Source: an uncultured Clostridia bacterium
GTDB lineage: Bacteria; Bacillota; Clostridia; TANB77; CAG-508
DNA: 64,000 bases
Direction: 5' to 3'
Assembly (NCBI GenBank): GCA_934178555.1
Contig: CAKPQL010000001.1
Coordinates: forward strand, 37,243 to 101,242
Positions 41,822 to 53,111 of the stretch are shown here, piece by piece; the stretch's first letter is position 1; each line of letters begins with the position of its first letter. Both the position numbers and the translations under genes were made by a program. A model generated the notes under the pieces. That model searched no databases, was not told the origin of the DNA, and saw only the letters and a program-made list of their open reading frames with translations.

Positions 41822-43072
41822 TTATTTCAAATAATCTTTTTTTGTTTGTGATGTTACAATTTTTTGAGTATAATCTAAATTAGCTTGTGAATCATTAAGA
41901 TATTCAAGAGTATATATATTGGTTGCTAGAATATCTAAGTTTAACATTCTAGATAATATTCTATTATTTGAATTTTTATAAAAATCTTTTACAGAAGTAA
42001 TTACTTGTAATTTAGGATTAGACCTTGATAATTCAGATAATAATTCTTTTCCTTTATCATCTATTCCTAATACACGGACATATGGTTTGACTTTTCGAGA
42101 TTCATCCATATCCTGTTTAGTAATTCCTAATAGAGCATACAATAAAATTCTTTGTATTCTTGTTAAGGTATATGATTTACATTTTATTTTTTCAATTAAT
42201 TCATCATAGGAATTACAAGAACTTACTGCAGACAATATAGAATTAGCTAATCCTTCAGTAACATCTGGCAAGTTTCTTATTTCGTTAAGCGTCATTCTTC
42301 GTAACGCGTATAATATTTCTCTTTCAAAAGCAGCAATATCTAAGACAGATTTTCCACTATTTATTTGTCTTGCAAGAATTTCATAAGTATAGTCTGGTAC
42401 TAATTTAGATATATTTTTATTTTCACAAAGTAATTCCCTTATATGAGAAGCACTAGTAAAAGAATCAACGATATCATTACTATTATGTGTAACACCATAT
42501 CTTTTAAAAGTAATAGGTAAAATATTACTTTTAAATTTCTTTATTGCCTTCATATATTCTATACCTAATATATTATTAGGACAAGAAAGTGTATTGGCAT
42601 ATTTCCTAATATCATTCACATACATAAGAAGAGCATTTTCTCTAGCTTTTGGATAAGAAATTCCGGTTTGTATTTCATGATTCAATAATGATTTATATTC
42701 AGGAGGTTCTCTATATAATATATCCGCAAATCTTTCTAATATATTTATATCTCCACATTCACTTCCAAAAGATAAAACAGTATTTAGCTTAAATGAATCT
42801 AATATTTTAATGCAACCTTCAGAAAAGTTTTCTGCACTAGAAATACTATATATTGTGGGTAATTCTATTACTAAGTTAGCACCAGCATTAATTGCCATTT
42901 CTGCTTTTGACCATTTATCTATAATGGATACATTTCCTCTTTGGACAAAATTACCTGAAATAATACATACGGTATAATCAGGATGTACTAGCTCTTTTGA
43001 TTGATTAATATGATATAAGTGCCCATTATGAAATGGATTATATTCTGCAATGATACCTAAAACTTTTTCCAT
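41822..43072 (-). CDS. tmcAL: tRNA(Met) cytidine acetate ligase (YlbM/DUF795 nucleotidyltransferase)
   Basis: N-terminal GIIAEYNPFHNGHLYHINQSK. Confidence 0.8.
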   Translation of the reverse strand: MEKVLGIIAEYNPFHNGHLYHINQSKELVHPDYTVCIISGNFVQRGNVSIIDKWSKAEMAINAGANLVIELPTIYSISSAENFSEGCIKILDSFKLNTVLSFGSECGDINILERFADILYREPPEYKSLLNHEIQTGISYPKARENALLMYVNDIRKYANTLSCPNNILGIEYMKAIKKFKSNILPITFKRYGVTHNSNDIVDSFTSASHIRELLCENKNISKLVPDYTYEILARQINSGKSVLDIAAFEREILYALRRMTLNEIRNLPDVTEGLANSILSAVSSCNSYDELIEKIKCKSYTLTRIQRILLYALLGITKQDMDESRKVKPYVRVLGIDDKGKELLSELSRSNPKLQVITSVKDFYKNSNNRILSRMLNLDILATNIYTLEYLNDSQANLDYTQKIVTSQTKKDYLK

Positions 43073-43192
43073 AATTTGAATTCCTTCCTCAAGATTTAAT
43101 TAAACATAAAAATAAAGTATTGTTTATTATATAATTAATTGATATAATATCACAAAAAAATAAAAATTACAATATATAAGGAGGAAGGTTCT

Positions 43193-43621
43193 TTGGATAA
43201 AGTTATAATATACACAGATGGCGCATGTTCTGGAAATCCGGGACCAGGTGGTTGGGGCACAATATTAATGTATAAAGATTGCAAAAAAGAAATTAGTGGA
43301 GGAAGCAAGAATACAACTAATAACATAATGGAAATAACAGCGGTAATAGAAGGGTTGAAAATTCTTAAACATAAATGTGAAGTAGAAATATATAGTGATA
43401 GTGCATATGTTGTAAATGCATTTAATCAAGGATGGATTTATAACTGGAGAAGAAATAATTGGAAAACATCAGGAAAAGAACCAGTAAAAAACAAAGAATT
43501 GTGGGAAGAATTATACGAATTAACCAAAATGCATAATGTAACATTTATAAAAGTAAAGGGACATGCAGAGAATATTTATAATAATAGATGTGACGAGCTT
43601 GCAAGGAACGCAATACAATAA
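43193..43621 (+). CDS. rnhA: ribonuclease HI
   Basis: [31 protein letters not shown] and NNRCDELA motifs. TTG start 8 nt after AAGGAGG. Confidence 0.9.
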   Translation: MDKVIIYTDGACSGNPGPGGWGTILMYKDCKKEISGGSKNTTNNIMEITAVIEGLKILKHKCEVEIYSDSAYVVNAFNQGWIYNWRRNNWKTSGKEPVKNKELWEELYELTKMHNVTFIKVKGHAENIYNNRCDELARNAIQ

Positions 43622-43750
43622 TTTTAATTACAGTAATATTACACTAGTGTTAAGATTATGTTACAATTGTTGAAAAATAGCTAATTATGACATATAATTC
43701 AAATGAGTATTGGAAATTAAAAAACTAAAGAAAAATAGGAGGTAGAAAAT

Positions 43751-44578
43751 ATGGAAACTTTTGCTGATTATATTTTATCAGAGCAAGATTATATGAAAAA
43801 AATGGAGATAGTATATTATCTAAAAAAGAAGGCAAATATTTTCTACGATAATTCTGTAATATTAAAAACTGAATTAGCAAAAATGTTTATGGATACGATG
43901 GAAATAGATGTAGATAGAAATTTAGTTCTCACAGCAAGTTTATTATGTGCTTGTAAAAAAAGTGATAACCCTCAAGATTTAAGTAAAGTTAAATCTTATG
44001 CAAAAGAGAGCGCAAAATTTTTAAAAACGTTAGGATTTTCAAATAGATTTTGCAAAATTTGTGAAGAACAAAATAGATATAGCGGAAGTATGCCAAGAGA
44101 AAAGGAAAGTGATATATTAGAATTAGTAGATAATTTTGGCGGAATGCTTATGCATAGACCTGAAAGAATAGGCTTTACAGTAGACGAAGCAATATGCTTA
44201 TTACAATATAGAAATTTAAAAGGAAAAAATAATATATATTTAGATAAATTTGTTAGATTTGTTGAAACAATGAAAGAAGTAAAAGTAAGTGAATATATGG
44301 TAATAAATGAGAGCACACCATATATAGCTCATTTAGGTAAAATAATAAATGATGCTGGAGATATTAACAAATGTTTAGATGGTATATTAGAATCAAGAGA
44401 ATTATTAGTTAATGCAAAAAAGAAAAATAAGATAAAACAAGAGCAAGAAGAAAAAAATAATGTTATACCAGAAAAATTAGTAGAAGAAATAAAGCAAAAT
44501 ATGCAACAAGGCAAAGAAATATCAAGTGCAATAATATATGATAACAGTTTTGAAGTAAATGTAAAAGAAGATAATTAA
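43751..44578 (+). CDS. hypothetical protein
   Basis: AGGAGG RBS; 275 aa; no family recognised. Confidence 0.5.
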   Translation: METFADYILSEQDYMKKMEIVYYLKKKANIFYDNSVILKTELAKMFMDTMEIDVDRNLVLTASLLCACKKSDNPQDLSKVKSYAKESAKFLKTLGFSNRFCKICEEQNRYSGSMPREKESDILELVDNFGGMLMHRPERIGFTVDEAICLLQYRNLKGKNNIYLDKFVRFVETMKEVKVSEYMVINESTPYIAHLGKIINDAGDINKCLDGILESRELLVNAKKKNKIKQEQEEKNNVIPEKLVEEIKQNMQQGKEISSAIIYDNSFEVNVKEDN

Positions 44579-44598
44579 CAGAAAATAATATATTTTAT

Positions 44599-44631
44599 TA
44601 TAAAGGTTGCACATTTTGCAACCTTTATATA
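44599..44631 (+). terminator. hairpin terminator
   Basis: TATAAAGGTTGCA...TGCAACCTTTATA. Confidence 0.6.
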
Positions 44632-44650
44632 AAGAGAGGGGGATTTTTAA

Positions 44651-45847
44651 ATGTACGAAATTTTTGCAGATTTACATGTACATATAGGAAGAAGTGAAAA
44701 AAACAAACCAATAAAGATTACCGCAGCAAGATCATTAAATTTTGCAAACATTGCTAAGGAATGCGTTAATAGAAAAGGAATTAATGTTGTAGGAATTATA
44801 GATTGTGCTTCACCATATGTAATAGAAGATATAGAAAACTTCTTAGCACAAGGAGAAGCTTATGAAATAAAAGAAGGTGGAATTATATATAAAGACAAAG
44901 TATGTATAATTTTAGGAAGTGAAATCGAAACATCTGAAGTAAACGAATATGGAAAAACTGGAAGCGCACATAATTTATGCTATTTTCCATCTTTGAATGA
45001 CATAAAAGGATTTTCTAATGAAATGAGTAAGCACATAAGAAATATAACTTTAAGTTCACAAAGAGCGAACATTTCTGCGTACCAACTAGTAGATATTGTA
45101 GAAAAATATAATGGAATATTAGTTCCGGCTCATGCTTTTACACCACATAAAAGTTTTTATGGAAATTGTACTGATAGATTAGAAAAAATATTTAAAGAAA
45201 AATATAATAAAATACCTGCAATAGAATTAGGATTAAGTTCTGATACTTTTTTAGCAGACACTATTTCAGAACTAGAGCATAAAACTTTTTTAACTAATTC
45301 AGATGCACATTCTTTACCTAAAATTGCAAGAGAGTATAATAAAATACTAGTGGGAGATATAAGTTTTAAAGAAATAGTTATGGCTTTAAAAAAAGAAAAC
45401 GGAAGAAAAATTATTGCAAATTATGGCTTAGATCCAAAGCTTGGAAAATATCATAGAACATATTGCGAGGTTTGTGAAAAAAATATTGTGGGTGATGCAC
45501 CAGTTACAAAATGCGATACATGTGATAGCAGAAATATAACAATGGGAGTTTTTGATAGGATAGAACAAATAAAAGATAAGCCAACAACACTTAGCCCTGA
45601 AGATAGACCGCCATATTATTATCAAATTCCACTTACTTTTATACCAGGGTTAGGAAACAAAACTATAGATAAATTATTAAATAACTTTGAGACAGAAATG
45701 AATATATTACATAAATTATCTTTTGATGATATAGAAGCTGTTGTAGGAGAAAAAATTGCAAGAAATATAATAAATGCAAGAAATGGAAATGTTAATATAC
45801 AAGCTGGTGGCGGCGGAATATATGGACATATAGAAGTTAATAAGTGA
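44651..45847 (+). CDS. PHP-domain endonuclease Q-like protein (TIGR00375 family)
   Basis: FADLHVHIGRS N-terminus, a CxxC...CxxC zinc finger (CEVCEK...CDTCDS), and a C-terminal HhH-like segment. Confidence 0.7.
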   Translation: MYEIFADLHVHIGRSEKNKPIKITAARSLNFANIAKECVNRKGINVVGIIDCASPYVIEDIENFLAQGEAYEIKEGGIIYKDKVCIILGSEIETSEVNEYGKTGSAHNLCYFPSLNDIKGFSNEMSKHIRNITLSSQRANISAYQLVDIVEKYNGILVPAHAFTPHKSFYGNCTDRLEKIFKEKYNKIPAIELGLSSDTFLADTISELEHKTFLTNSDAHSLPKIAREYNKILVGDISFKEIVMALKKENGRKIIANYGLDPKLGKYHRTYCEVCEKNIVGDAPVTKCDTCDSRNITMGVFDRIEQIKDKPTTLSPEDRPPYYYQIPLTFIPGLGNKTIDKLLNNFETEMNILHKLSFDDIEAVVGEKIARNIINARNGNVNIQAGGGGIYGHIEVNK

Positions 45848-45853
45848 TGATAT

Positions 45854-45881
45854 GGATGCACGTTATAACGTGCATCTTTTT
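45854..45881 (+). terminator. rho-independent terminator
   Basis: GATGCACG...CGTGCATC stem followed by TTTTT. Confidence 0.7.
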
Positions 45882-45952
45882 ATTGATAACATATTTTTTG
45901 TTCTTTTTTTTTATTTATTGCATAGATATTATGTGTAGGAGTGTGATAACAT

Positions 45953-46594
45953 ATGAAAAAAGTCAGAAGAAGAACAGAAGCTAAAAATGTTATATACAAT
46001 CATGTAGTAAATAATATAAGAGAATACACAATAGTAATTTTGATATTTATAATTGGCATTGTATTAGGTGTTATATTTGTTAATAATTCTAATGATACAC
46101 AAAAGAATGAAATAAGTTTATATATAAGTAATTTTATAAATTCATTGAAAGATAATGCAAATACAATAGATAAAACAGCTTTGTTAAAAGATACTATAAA
46201 AAATAACGTATTACTAGCACTTTTACTGTGGTTTATGGGATGTACTGTAGTAGGTGTTCCAATTGTATATCTTATAGTAGCTTATAGGGGATTTGCAATG
46301 AGTTATACTATATCATCATTGATGGCAACATTAGGAGGAAAAGGAATAGGTGCTTCAATTGCAACATTATTGCTACATAATATAATATTTATACCAGCTG
46401 TATTTGCTTTAGCTGTTAGCGGAATAAGATTATATAAATCTATAATGAAGGATAAAAGAAAAGAGAATATAAAATTGGAAATTTGTAGACATACTATTTT
46501 TTCTATATTCTTTTGCTTAATTCTAGTATGTGCAGCTTTTATAGAAGTATATTGTTCAACAATGTTTATGCAAAATTATGTAAAATATATTTAG
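45953..46594 (+). CDS. spoIIM: stage II sporulation protein M
   Basis: About 210 aa with 5 TM helices. Length, topology and layout match SpoIIM, and xerD is adjacent as in Bacillus. Confidence 0.7.
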   Translation: MKKVRRRTEAKNVIYNHVVNNIREYTIVILIFIIGIVLGVIFVNNSNDTQKNEISLYISNFINSLKDNANTIDKTALLKDTIKNNVLLALLLWFMGCTVVGVPIVYLIVAYRGFAMSYTISSLMATLGGKGIGASIATLLLHNIIFIPAVFALAVSGIRLYKSIMKDKRKENIKLEICRHTIFSIFFCLILVCAAFIEVYCSTMFMQNYVKYI

Positions 46595-46732
46595 AAAAAA
46601 TGTAAAATTTTATGTAAAAACTATTTACAATTATGTCGTATTTTGATATAACAATAGAGGTTAATTTATGTAAATACATTTTGTTTTATAATTACATAAA
46701 TAATTAAAATTTATGCTAGAGGTGCTTAAAAA

Positions 46733-47614
46733 ATGGAAAAACAAATCAATAATTTTTTAGAATTTTTAAAAAATGATAAGAAGTTATCAGAGAATACTTT
46801 ACAATCATACAGAAGAGATGTTATACAATATGAAGAATATGTTGATAAAAAAAATGTTGATTATTTAAATGTTGAAGCAGAAGAAATAAACTCATATTTA
46901 AAATATTTACAAAAAAATAATAAAAAATCATCTACAATATCAAGAAGTCTAGCTTCAATAAGATCTTTTTATCAATATTTATTAAGAACAAAAGTAGTTA
47001 CAAAAGATCCAACTGATGGAATTCAATCTCCAAAAATAGAAAAAAAGGCACCAAGTGTATTATCTTCACAAGAAGTAGAGTTATTGCTAGAACAACCAAG
47101 TTCAGAAGACTTAAAAGGTATGAGAGATAAAGCTATGTTAGAATTTGCATATGCAACAGGAATGAGAGTTACAGAAATAATCTCATTGGATGTAGATGCT
47201 GTCAATTTCGAACAAGGATATGTAGTATGTAAAAATGGCTCAAAACAAAGAAATATACCTTTAGGCACAATGTCATTAAAGGCATTGAAAGATTATATGG
47301 AAAAGGCAAGACCTATAATAATAAAGGACGATTCAATAAAAGCGTTATTTGTAAATATTAATGGAAAAAGACTAACAAGACAAGGATTCTGGAAAATTGT
47401 TAAATATTACAAAGAACAAGCACATATATCAAAAGATATAACTCCACATGTATTAAGACATTCGTTTGCAACACATCTATTACAGAATGGAGCTGATTTA
47501 AAGGCAATACAAACAATGCTGGGACATTCAGATATATCTTCTACACAAGTATATATGCAGTTTCAAGATGAAAGTATAAAAAATGTATATAGAAAAGCTC
47601 ATCCAAGAGCATAA
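46733..47614 (+). CDS. xerD: site-specific tyrosine recombinase XerD
   Basis: SAM-like N-domain. Catalytic residues are in ATGMRVTE, HVLRHSFATHLL and LGHSDISSTQVY. Confidence 0.85.
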   Translation: MEKQINNFLEFLKNDKKLSENTLQSYRRDVIQYEEYVDKKNVDYLNVEAEEINSYLKYLQKNNKKSSTISRSLASIRSFYQYLLRTKVVTKDPTDGIQSPKIEKKAPSVLSSQEVELLLEQPSSEDLKGMRDKAMLEFAYATGMRVTEIISLDVDAVNFEQGYVVCKNGSKQRNIPLGTMSLKALKDYMEKARPIIIKDDSIKALFVNINGKRLTRQGFWKIVKYYKEQAHISKDITPHVLRHSFATHLLQNGADLKAIQTMLGHSDISSTQVYMQFQDESIKNVYRKAHPRA

Positions 47615-47617
47615 TAT

Positions 47618-47645
47618 AAGAGCGTATGATTTACGCTCTTTTTTA
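47618..47645 (+). terminator. rho-independent terminator
   Basis: AAGAGCGTA...ACGCTCTT stem followed by TTTTT. Confidence 0.75.
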
Positions 47646-47694
47646 TTAGGAAGATAACACATATTTATTTGCCTAGAAAAAGGCACATTTTTTA

Positions 47695-47722
47695 TTGACA
47701 AAAATAATCTATAATATATAAT
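47695..47722 (+). promoter_or_regulatory. sigma-A type promoter for adhE
   Basis: TTGACA, 16 nt spacer, TATAAT. Confidence 0.5.
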
Positions 47723-47761
47723 AATAATGTTTAAAATAACAAAAACAAAGGAGGTTTTTTG

Positions 47762-50365
47762 ATGGCTAAAGAAGTAACTGAAGAAGAACAACAAAAAGTT
47801 AAAAAAATGATTGATGATTTAGTAGAAAGGGCAAAAATTGCTTCAAAAAAGTATATGGAACTAAATCAAGAACAAGTTGATAGGATTATAAAAGCTATGT
47901 CAATGGCTGGTTTGGATAATCATATGAGACTTGCAAAAATGGCAGTTGAAGAAACAAAAAGAGGAATATATGAGGATAAAATTATAAAGAACATGTTTGC
48001 TACAGAATATGTATATCATAATATAAAATACGATAAAACGGTTGGAATAATTGCAGAAAGTGATTCTGAAGGCTATGCACAAGTGGCAGAACCAGTTGGA
48101 ATAATTGCTGGAGTTACACCTGTTACGAACCCAACATCAACAACAATGTTTAAATCAATAATATCAGCAAAAACAAGAAACGTAATAATATTTGGGTTCC
48201 ACCCATCAGCACAAAAATGTAGTGTTGAAGCTGCAAAAGTAGTAAGAGATGCTGCAATAAAAGCAGGTGCACCAGAAGATTGTATATTATGGATTGAAGA
48301 GCCTTCAATCCTTGCGACGCAATTATTAATGAATCACCCAGGAGTAAATTTAATATTAGCTACAGGTGGACCTGGAATGGTAAAATCAGCATATTCTTGT
48401 GGAAAACCAGCTTTAGGAGTTGGACCAGGAAATGTACCATGTTATATAGATAAAACAGCAAAATTAAAAACATCTGTAAATGATTTAGTATTATCAAAAT
48501 CATTTGATAATGGAATGATTTGCGCATCAGAACAAGCAGTTATAGTAGATAAAGAAATTAGTAAAGAATTTGAAAAATTGATGAAAGAAGCTGGATGTTA
48601 TTTTCTAAGTGAAGAAGAAACTGCAAAATTGGAAAAGAGTATGTTTATAGCAGAAAAGGGATGTGCTCTAAATGCAGATATAGTTGGGCAAAAACCTGTT
48701 GATATTGCTGCAAGAGCTGGAATATCAATACCAGAAGATATAAAAGTAATTGTTGTAAAACAAACAGGAGTAGGTGCAGATTTCCCACTATCTAAAGAAA
48801 AATTAAGTCCAGTATTAGCATACTATATTTCTAATAATGATGAAGAAGGAATTGCTTTAGCAGAAAAATTAATCGAGTTTGGTGGACTTGGACACTCTGC
48901 TGTAATTCATTCAGAAAATAAAGAAACTATAAGAAAATTCTCAGAAAGAATAAAAGCAGGAAGGATAATTGTAAATTCTCCATCAACACATGGTGCAATT
49001 GGCGATATTTATAATACTAATATGCCATCATTAACTCTAGGATGCGGTACTTTTGGTGGAAATTCTACAACAGCCAATGTATCTTCAGTAAACTTAATAA
49101 ATATAAAAAGAGTTGCAAAGAGGAGGGTTAATATGCAATGGTTTAAAGTACCAAAGAAAATATATTTTGAAGCAGGTTCTATAGAATATTTACAAAAAAT
49201 GCCTGATATAACAAAAGCATTTATTGTAACAGATGAATCAATGGTTAAATTTGGTTATGTAGATAAAATATTGGAACAATTAAGAAAAAGAAGACAATAT
49301 GTGCATTCAGAAATATTTTCAGCAGTTGAGCCAGACCCATCTTTTGATACAATAAAAAATGGTGTTGCTGCAATGAATGCATTTCAACCTGATGTAATTA
49401 TAGCTTTAGGTGGAGGAAGTGCAATAGATGCAGCAAAAGGAATGTGGTTATTCTACGAACAACCTGAGGCAGATGTTGAAGGGTTAAAATTAAAATTTAT
49501 GGATATTAGAAAAAGAACATATAAATTCCCTAAATTAGGTCAAAAAGCTCAAATGGTAGCAATACCAACGACATCAGGAACAGGTTCAGAAGTAACATCA
49601 TTTGCTGTAATAACAGATAAAAAGAAAAATATAAAATATCCATTAGCAGATTATGAATTAACTCCAGATGTTGCAATAATAGATCCTAATTTGGTAATGA
49701 CTTTACCAAAAAGATTAACTGCAGATACAGGAATGGACGTATTAACGCATGCAATAGAATCCTATGTTTCTGTTATGGCATCTGATTATACAGATGGATT
49801 ATCTGAAAAAGCTGTTGAATTAGTATTTGAATACTTACCAAAAGCATATGAAAATGGTGACGATAGACTAGCAAGAGAAAAAATGCATAATGCAAGCTGT
49901 ATAGCTGGTATGTCATTTACAAATGCATTTTTAGGTTTAAATCATTCAATAGCACATAAATTGGGAGGAGAATTCCATATACCACATGGTAGAGCAAATG
50001 CAGTAGTTCTTCCATATGTTATAGCATATAATGCAACAAAACCATCAAAATTTGTATCATTCCCTAAATATGAATACTTTATAGCTGACGAAAAATATGC
50101 AAAACTTGCTAAAATAATAGGATTAAAAGCAAAGGATACAAAAGAAGGGGTAAATTCATTGATAAATGCTATAAAAGAATTAATGGCAAAACTTGAAATG
50201 CCAACATCTATAAAAGAATGTGGAATAGATGAAAAAGAATTTTTAGCAAAGGTAGATGAATTAGCAGATAGAGCATTTGAAGACCAATGTACAACAGTAA
50301 ATCCAAGATTACCATTAGTTAGTGAAATAAAACAAATATTACTAGATGCATATTATGGAAATTAA
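47762..50365 (+). CDS. adhE: bifunctional acetaldehyde-CoA/alcohol dehydrogenase
   Basis: N-terminal ALDH domain (catalytic [11 protein letters not shown]) fused to an iron-type ADH domain ([10 protein letters not shown], and His motifs HAIESY and HSIAHKLGG). Confidence 0.95.
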   Translation: MAKEVTEEEQQKVKKMIDDLVERAKIASKKYMELNQEQVDRIIKAMSMAGLDNHMRLAKMAVEETKRGIYEDKIIKNMFATEYVYHNIKYDKTVGIIAESDSEGYAQVAEPVGIIAGVTPVTNPTSTTMFKSIISAKTRNVIIFGFHPSAQKCSVEAAKVVRDAAIKAGAPEDCILWIEEPSILATQLLMNHPGVNLILATGGPGMVKSAYSCGKPALGVGPGNVPCYIDKTAKLKTSVNDLVLSKSFDNGMICASEQAVIVDKEISKEFEKLMKEAGCYFLSEEETAKLEKSMFIAEKGCALNADIVGQKPVDIAARAGISIPEDIKVIVVKQTGVGADFPLSKEKLSPVLAYYISNNDEEGIALAEKLIEFGGLGHSAVIHSENKETIRKFSERIKAGRIIVNSPSTHGAIGDIYNTNMPSLTLGCGTFGGNSTTANVSSVNLINIKRVAKRRVNMQWFKVPKKIYFEAGSIEYLQKMPDITKAFIVTDESMVKFGYVDKILEQLRKRRQYVHSEIFSAVEPDPSFDTIKNGVAAMNAFQPDVIIALGGGSAIDAAKGMWLFYEQPEADVEGLKLKFMDIRKRTYKFPKLGQKAQMVAIPTTSGTGSEVTSFAVITDKKKNIKYPLADYELTPDVAIIDPNLVMTLPKRLTADTGMDVLTHAIESYVSVMASDYTDGLSEKAVELVFEYLPKAYENGDDRLAREKMHNASCIAGMSFTNAFLGLNHSIAHKLGGEFHIPHGRANAVVLPYVIAYNATKPSKFVSFPKYEYFIADEKYAKLAKIIGLKAKDTKEGVNSLINAIKELMAKLEMPTSIKECGIDEKEFLAKVDELADRAFEDQCTTVNPRLPLVSEIKQILLDAYYGN

Positions 50366-50382
50366 TTTATGTTATAAATTTA

Positions 50383-50415
50383 TAAGGGCGCAGTACACCT
50401 ATGCGTCCTTATTTT
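50383..50415 (+). terminator. rho-independent terminator
   Basis: TAAGGGCGCA...TGCGTCCTTA stem followed by TTTT. Confidence 0.7.
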
Positions 50416-50443
50416 GTATTATACAAAATTATGTAAATAAGCA

Positions 50444-50472
50444 TTGACTAATTGGTAAAAAAGAATTATACT
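50444..50472 (+). promoter_or_regulatory. sigma-A type promoter for the metal ABC operon
   Basis: TTGACT, 17 nt spacer, TATACT. Confidence 0.5.
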
Positions 50473-50505
50473 AATAAAATACGGAAAATATATGTGGAGG
50501 TAAAT

Positions 50506-51168
50506 ATGAGCATATTAGAAGTTAAGAATTTATATACATCATACAATGGACATGTTGCTTTAGAAAATATTAATTTTTCTATAAATGAAGGTGAATATGT
50601 ATGTCTAGTTGGAGAAAATGGTTCTGGGAAAAGCACACTTATAAAAACAATAGTTGGATTGCATAAAAAAGATAGTGGAGAAATAATTTTGAATGAAAGT
50701 TTAGAAAATATATCATATTTAGCTCAAAATAATTTAACAGATTTAGAATTTCCTGCAACTGCAAAAGAAATTATAATGACTGGTGTACAGAAACATAAAG
50801 TGCTTCCATTTTATACAAAAAATGACTATAAAAAATTTGATGAGATTTGCGATTTGTTAAAAATAAAAAATTTTGTAAATAAAAAAATAGGTGATTTATC
50901 GGGAGGTCAAAGACAAAGAATAATGCTTGCAAGGGCTTTGATTAGAGAACCTAAAATATTAATTTTAGATGAACCTTGTAGTGGTTTAGATATAAATATA
51001 ACTAAGGAATTATACGAAATGCTTAATAGATTAAATAAAGAGTTAAAAATGACTATTATTATGGCTACTCATGATTTAGATGAGGTGAAGCAAGAAAATG
51101 TAAGAGTAATTTGTCTAGCTAAGACAGTAACTTATGATGGCAATATAAATGAATGGAGAGGATTATAA
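50506..51168 (+). CDS. metal (Zn/Mn-type) ABC transporter ATP-binding protein
   Basis: Walker A GENGSGKST, signature LSGGQRQR and Walker B LILDEP. ATG 50506 lies behind GTGGAGG. Confidence 0.8.
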   Translation: MSILEVKNLYTSYNGHVALENINFSINEGEYVCLVGENGSGKSTLIKTIVGLHKKDSGEIILNESLENISYLAQNNLTDLEFPATAKEIIMTGVQKHKVLPFYTKNDYKKFDEICDLLKIKNFVNKKIGDLSGGQRQRIMLARALIREPKILILDEPCSGLDINITKELYEMLNRLNKELKMTIIMATHDLDEVKQENVRVICLAKTVTYDGNINEWRGL

Positions 51169-51169
51169 T

Positions 51170-51979
51170 ATGGAAATAATAAATTTACTAAACTATCCAT
51201 TTGTACAAAGAGCATTAATCTGTGGGATAGCAATATCTTTTTGTGCAGCAATTATTGGAGTAATACTTGTATTAAAAAAATATTCGATGATAGGACATGG
51301 TTTAGGAGAAGTTGGATTTGCTTCTCTAACAATTGCTGTTGCACTTGGATTACCACCCTTATATATATCTATTCCATTAGTTATTATAGCTTCTTTTATA
51401 ATAATGTTAATTAGTCAAAAAAAAGGTGAAAGTGGTGATATTACAATAGCTTTAGTTTCAAGTGGAGCTTTAGCTGTTGGGGTAATAATTACAGCTTTAA
51501 CAAAGGGATTTAATATAGATGTATATAATTATATGTTTGGTAGTATATTAGCAATGAATTGGTCTGATGTTATATTGAGCGTAATACTATCAGTAATTTT
51601 AATTGTTATCTATATAGTTTTTTATAATAGATTATTTTCAATCACTTATGACGAAAAATATGCAAAAACTTGTGGAATTAATGTGACATTTTACCAGTTC
51701 CTAATTTCATTAGTTACAGCATTAGTAGTAGTACTAGGAATGAGATTGATGGGAACATTATTAATTTCAAGTCTTATTGTATTTCCAGCAATTATTGCAA
51801 GAAAATTAACTAATAGTTTTAAAGGAATGGTAATTTTATCTGCACTAATATCTGTAATATGTTTTATTATTGGAATATTATTATCGTTTATTGTTAATCT
51901 GCCAACTGGAGCAAGTATTGTTGCAGTATATATATTATTGTTAGCAATTACAAGTATATATAACAAAATATTGAATTAA
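51170..51979 (+). CDS. metal ABC transporter permease (ZnuB/MntB-like)
   Basis: About 8 TM helices in an ABC-3 family layout; translationally coupled to the ATPase. Confidence 0.75.
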   Translation: MEIINLLNYPFVQRALICGIAISFCAAIIGVILVLKKYSMIGHGLGEVGFASLTIAVALGLPPLYISIPLVIIASFIIMLISQKKGESGDITIALVSSGALAVGVIITALTKGFNIDVYNYMFGSILAMNWSDVILSVILSVILIVIYIVFYNRLFSITYDEKYAKTCGINVTFYQFLISLVTALVVVLGMRLMGTLLISSLIVFPAIIARKLTNSFKGMVILSALISVICFIIGILLSFIVNLPTGASIVAVYILLLAITSIYNKILN

Positions 51980-51987
51980 AAAATTGG

Positions 51988-52022
51988 GCACTACAAATTT
52001 AATGTAGTGCTCTTATTTTTTT
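51988..52022 (+). terminator. rho-independent terminator
   Basis: GCACTACA...TGTAGTGC stem followed by TCTTATTTTTTT. Confidence 0.7.
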
Positions 52023-52065
52023 CTTTAATCCTACACTGATAAAGCAAGGTTTTATCAGTATTATA

Positions 52066-52094
52066 TTGACATTATACAAGTTAAAATATATACT
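52066..52094 (+). promoter_or_regulatory. sigma-A type promoter for the ABC-2 operon
   Basis: TTGACA, 17 nt spacer, TATACT. Confidence 0.5.
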
Positions 52095-52127
52095 AATTCC
52101 ATAAAATAAAAGCTCTGGAGGATTGAA

Positions 52128-53069
52128 ATGATAATAGAAGTTAAAAATCTTGTAAAGAAGTATTCTGGTAAACTTGCAGTCGACCATTTGGATTTACAAA
52201 TAGAAGAAGGAATTATATATGGCTTATTAGGACCTAATGGCGCTGGTAAAAGTACAACAATAAATTGTATGTTAGGTTTATTAAAGAGTGATGAAGGTAG
52301 TATAAAAATTTTGGGTGAAGAAATGAGCAGTAATAATTTAAAATTGAAAACTAACATCGGCGTAATTCCTCAAAATGTAGCTGTTTTCGAAGAACTAACT
52401 GTATATGAAAACATTGATTTTTTCTGTGGATTATACATAAAAGATACTAGTGAAAGAAAAAAATTAGTAGAAGAAGCAATAGATTTTGTTGGACTAAAAG
52501 AATATAAAAAATATATACCTAAAAAACTATCAGGGGGATTACTTAGAAGATTAAATATTGCTTGTGGTATTGCACATAAACCCAAAATAATATTCATGGA
52601 TGAGCCAACAGTAGCTGTTGATCCACAGTCGAGAAACAATATATTAGAAGGGGTATTAAAGTTAAAAGAGCAAGGTTCTACAATAATTTATACATCTCAT
52701 TACATGGAAGAAATTGAGCAGATATGTGATAAAATTGCAATAATGGATTCTGGTAAAGTTATTGCAGAAGGAACAACAGAGGAACTAAAAAATAAAATAA
52801 CAGATATAGAAAAATTAGTAATATGCACATACGGAATAGAAGATGGCATTGTGGAGAAAATCAAAGCTATAGCAGATATTAAATCAATTGAAAAAGAAAA
52901 CAATTGTATAAAGATTTCCTATAAAAAGAATCAAAATAGTACTTTGTTAAAAATACTTCAAATAATTGAAGATAATGGTGTAAACATAGATAAAATATAC
53001 AATGAAGTTCCTACTTTAAATACAGTATTTCTAGAATTAACAGGAAAGCAATTACGCGATAATATGTAA
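52128..53069 (+). CDS. ABC transporter ATP-binding protein (ABC-2/DrrA type)
   Basis: Walker A GPNGAGKST, signature LSGGLLRR and Walker B IFMDEP. Confidence 0.85.
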   Translation: MIIEVKNLVKKYSGKLAVDHLDLQIEEGIIYGLLGPNGAGKSTTINCMLGLLKSDEGSIKILGEEMSSNNLKLKTNIGVIPQNVAVFEELTVYENIDFFCGLYIKDTSERKKLVEEAIDFVGLKEYKKYIPKKLSGGLLRRLNIACGIAHKPKIIFMDEPTVAVDPQSRNNILEGVLKLKEQGSTIIYTSHYMEEIEQICDKIAIMDSGKVIAEGTTEELKNKITDIEKLVICTYGIEDGIVEKIKAIADIKSIEKENNCIKISYKKNQNSTLLKILQIIEDNGVNIDKIYNEVPTLNTVFLELTGKQLRDNM

Positions 53070-53111
53070 TTATAAAAATATGTAAAAACAAAAAACACGG
53101 AGGATATAATC

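Noticed and set aside
50444-50505. Zur or MntR operator at the metal ABC promoter
   Set aside because: No palindrome resembling TCGTAAT-N-ATTACGA or a MntR box overlaps the promoter, so regulation cannot be called from the sequence.
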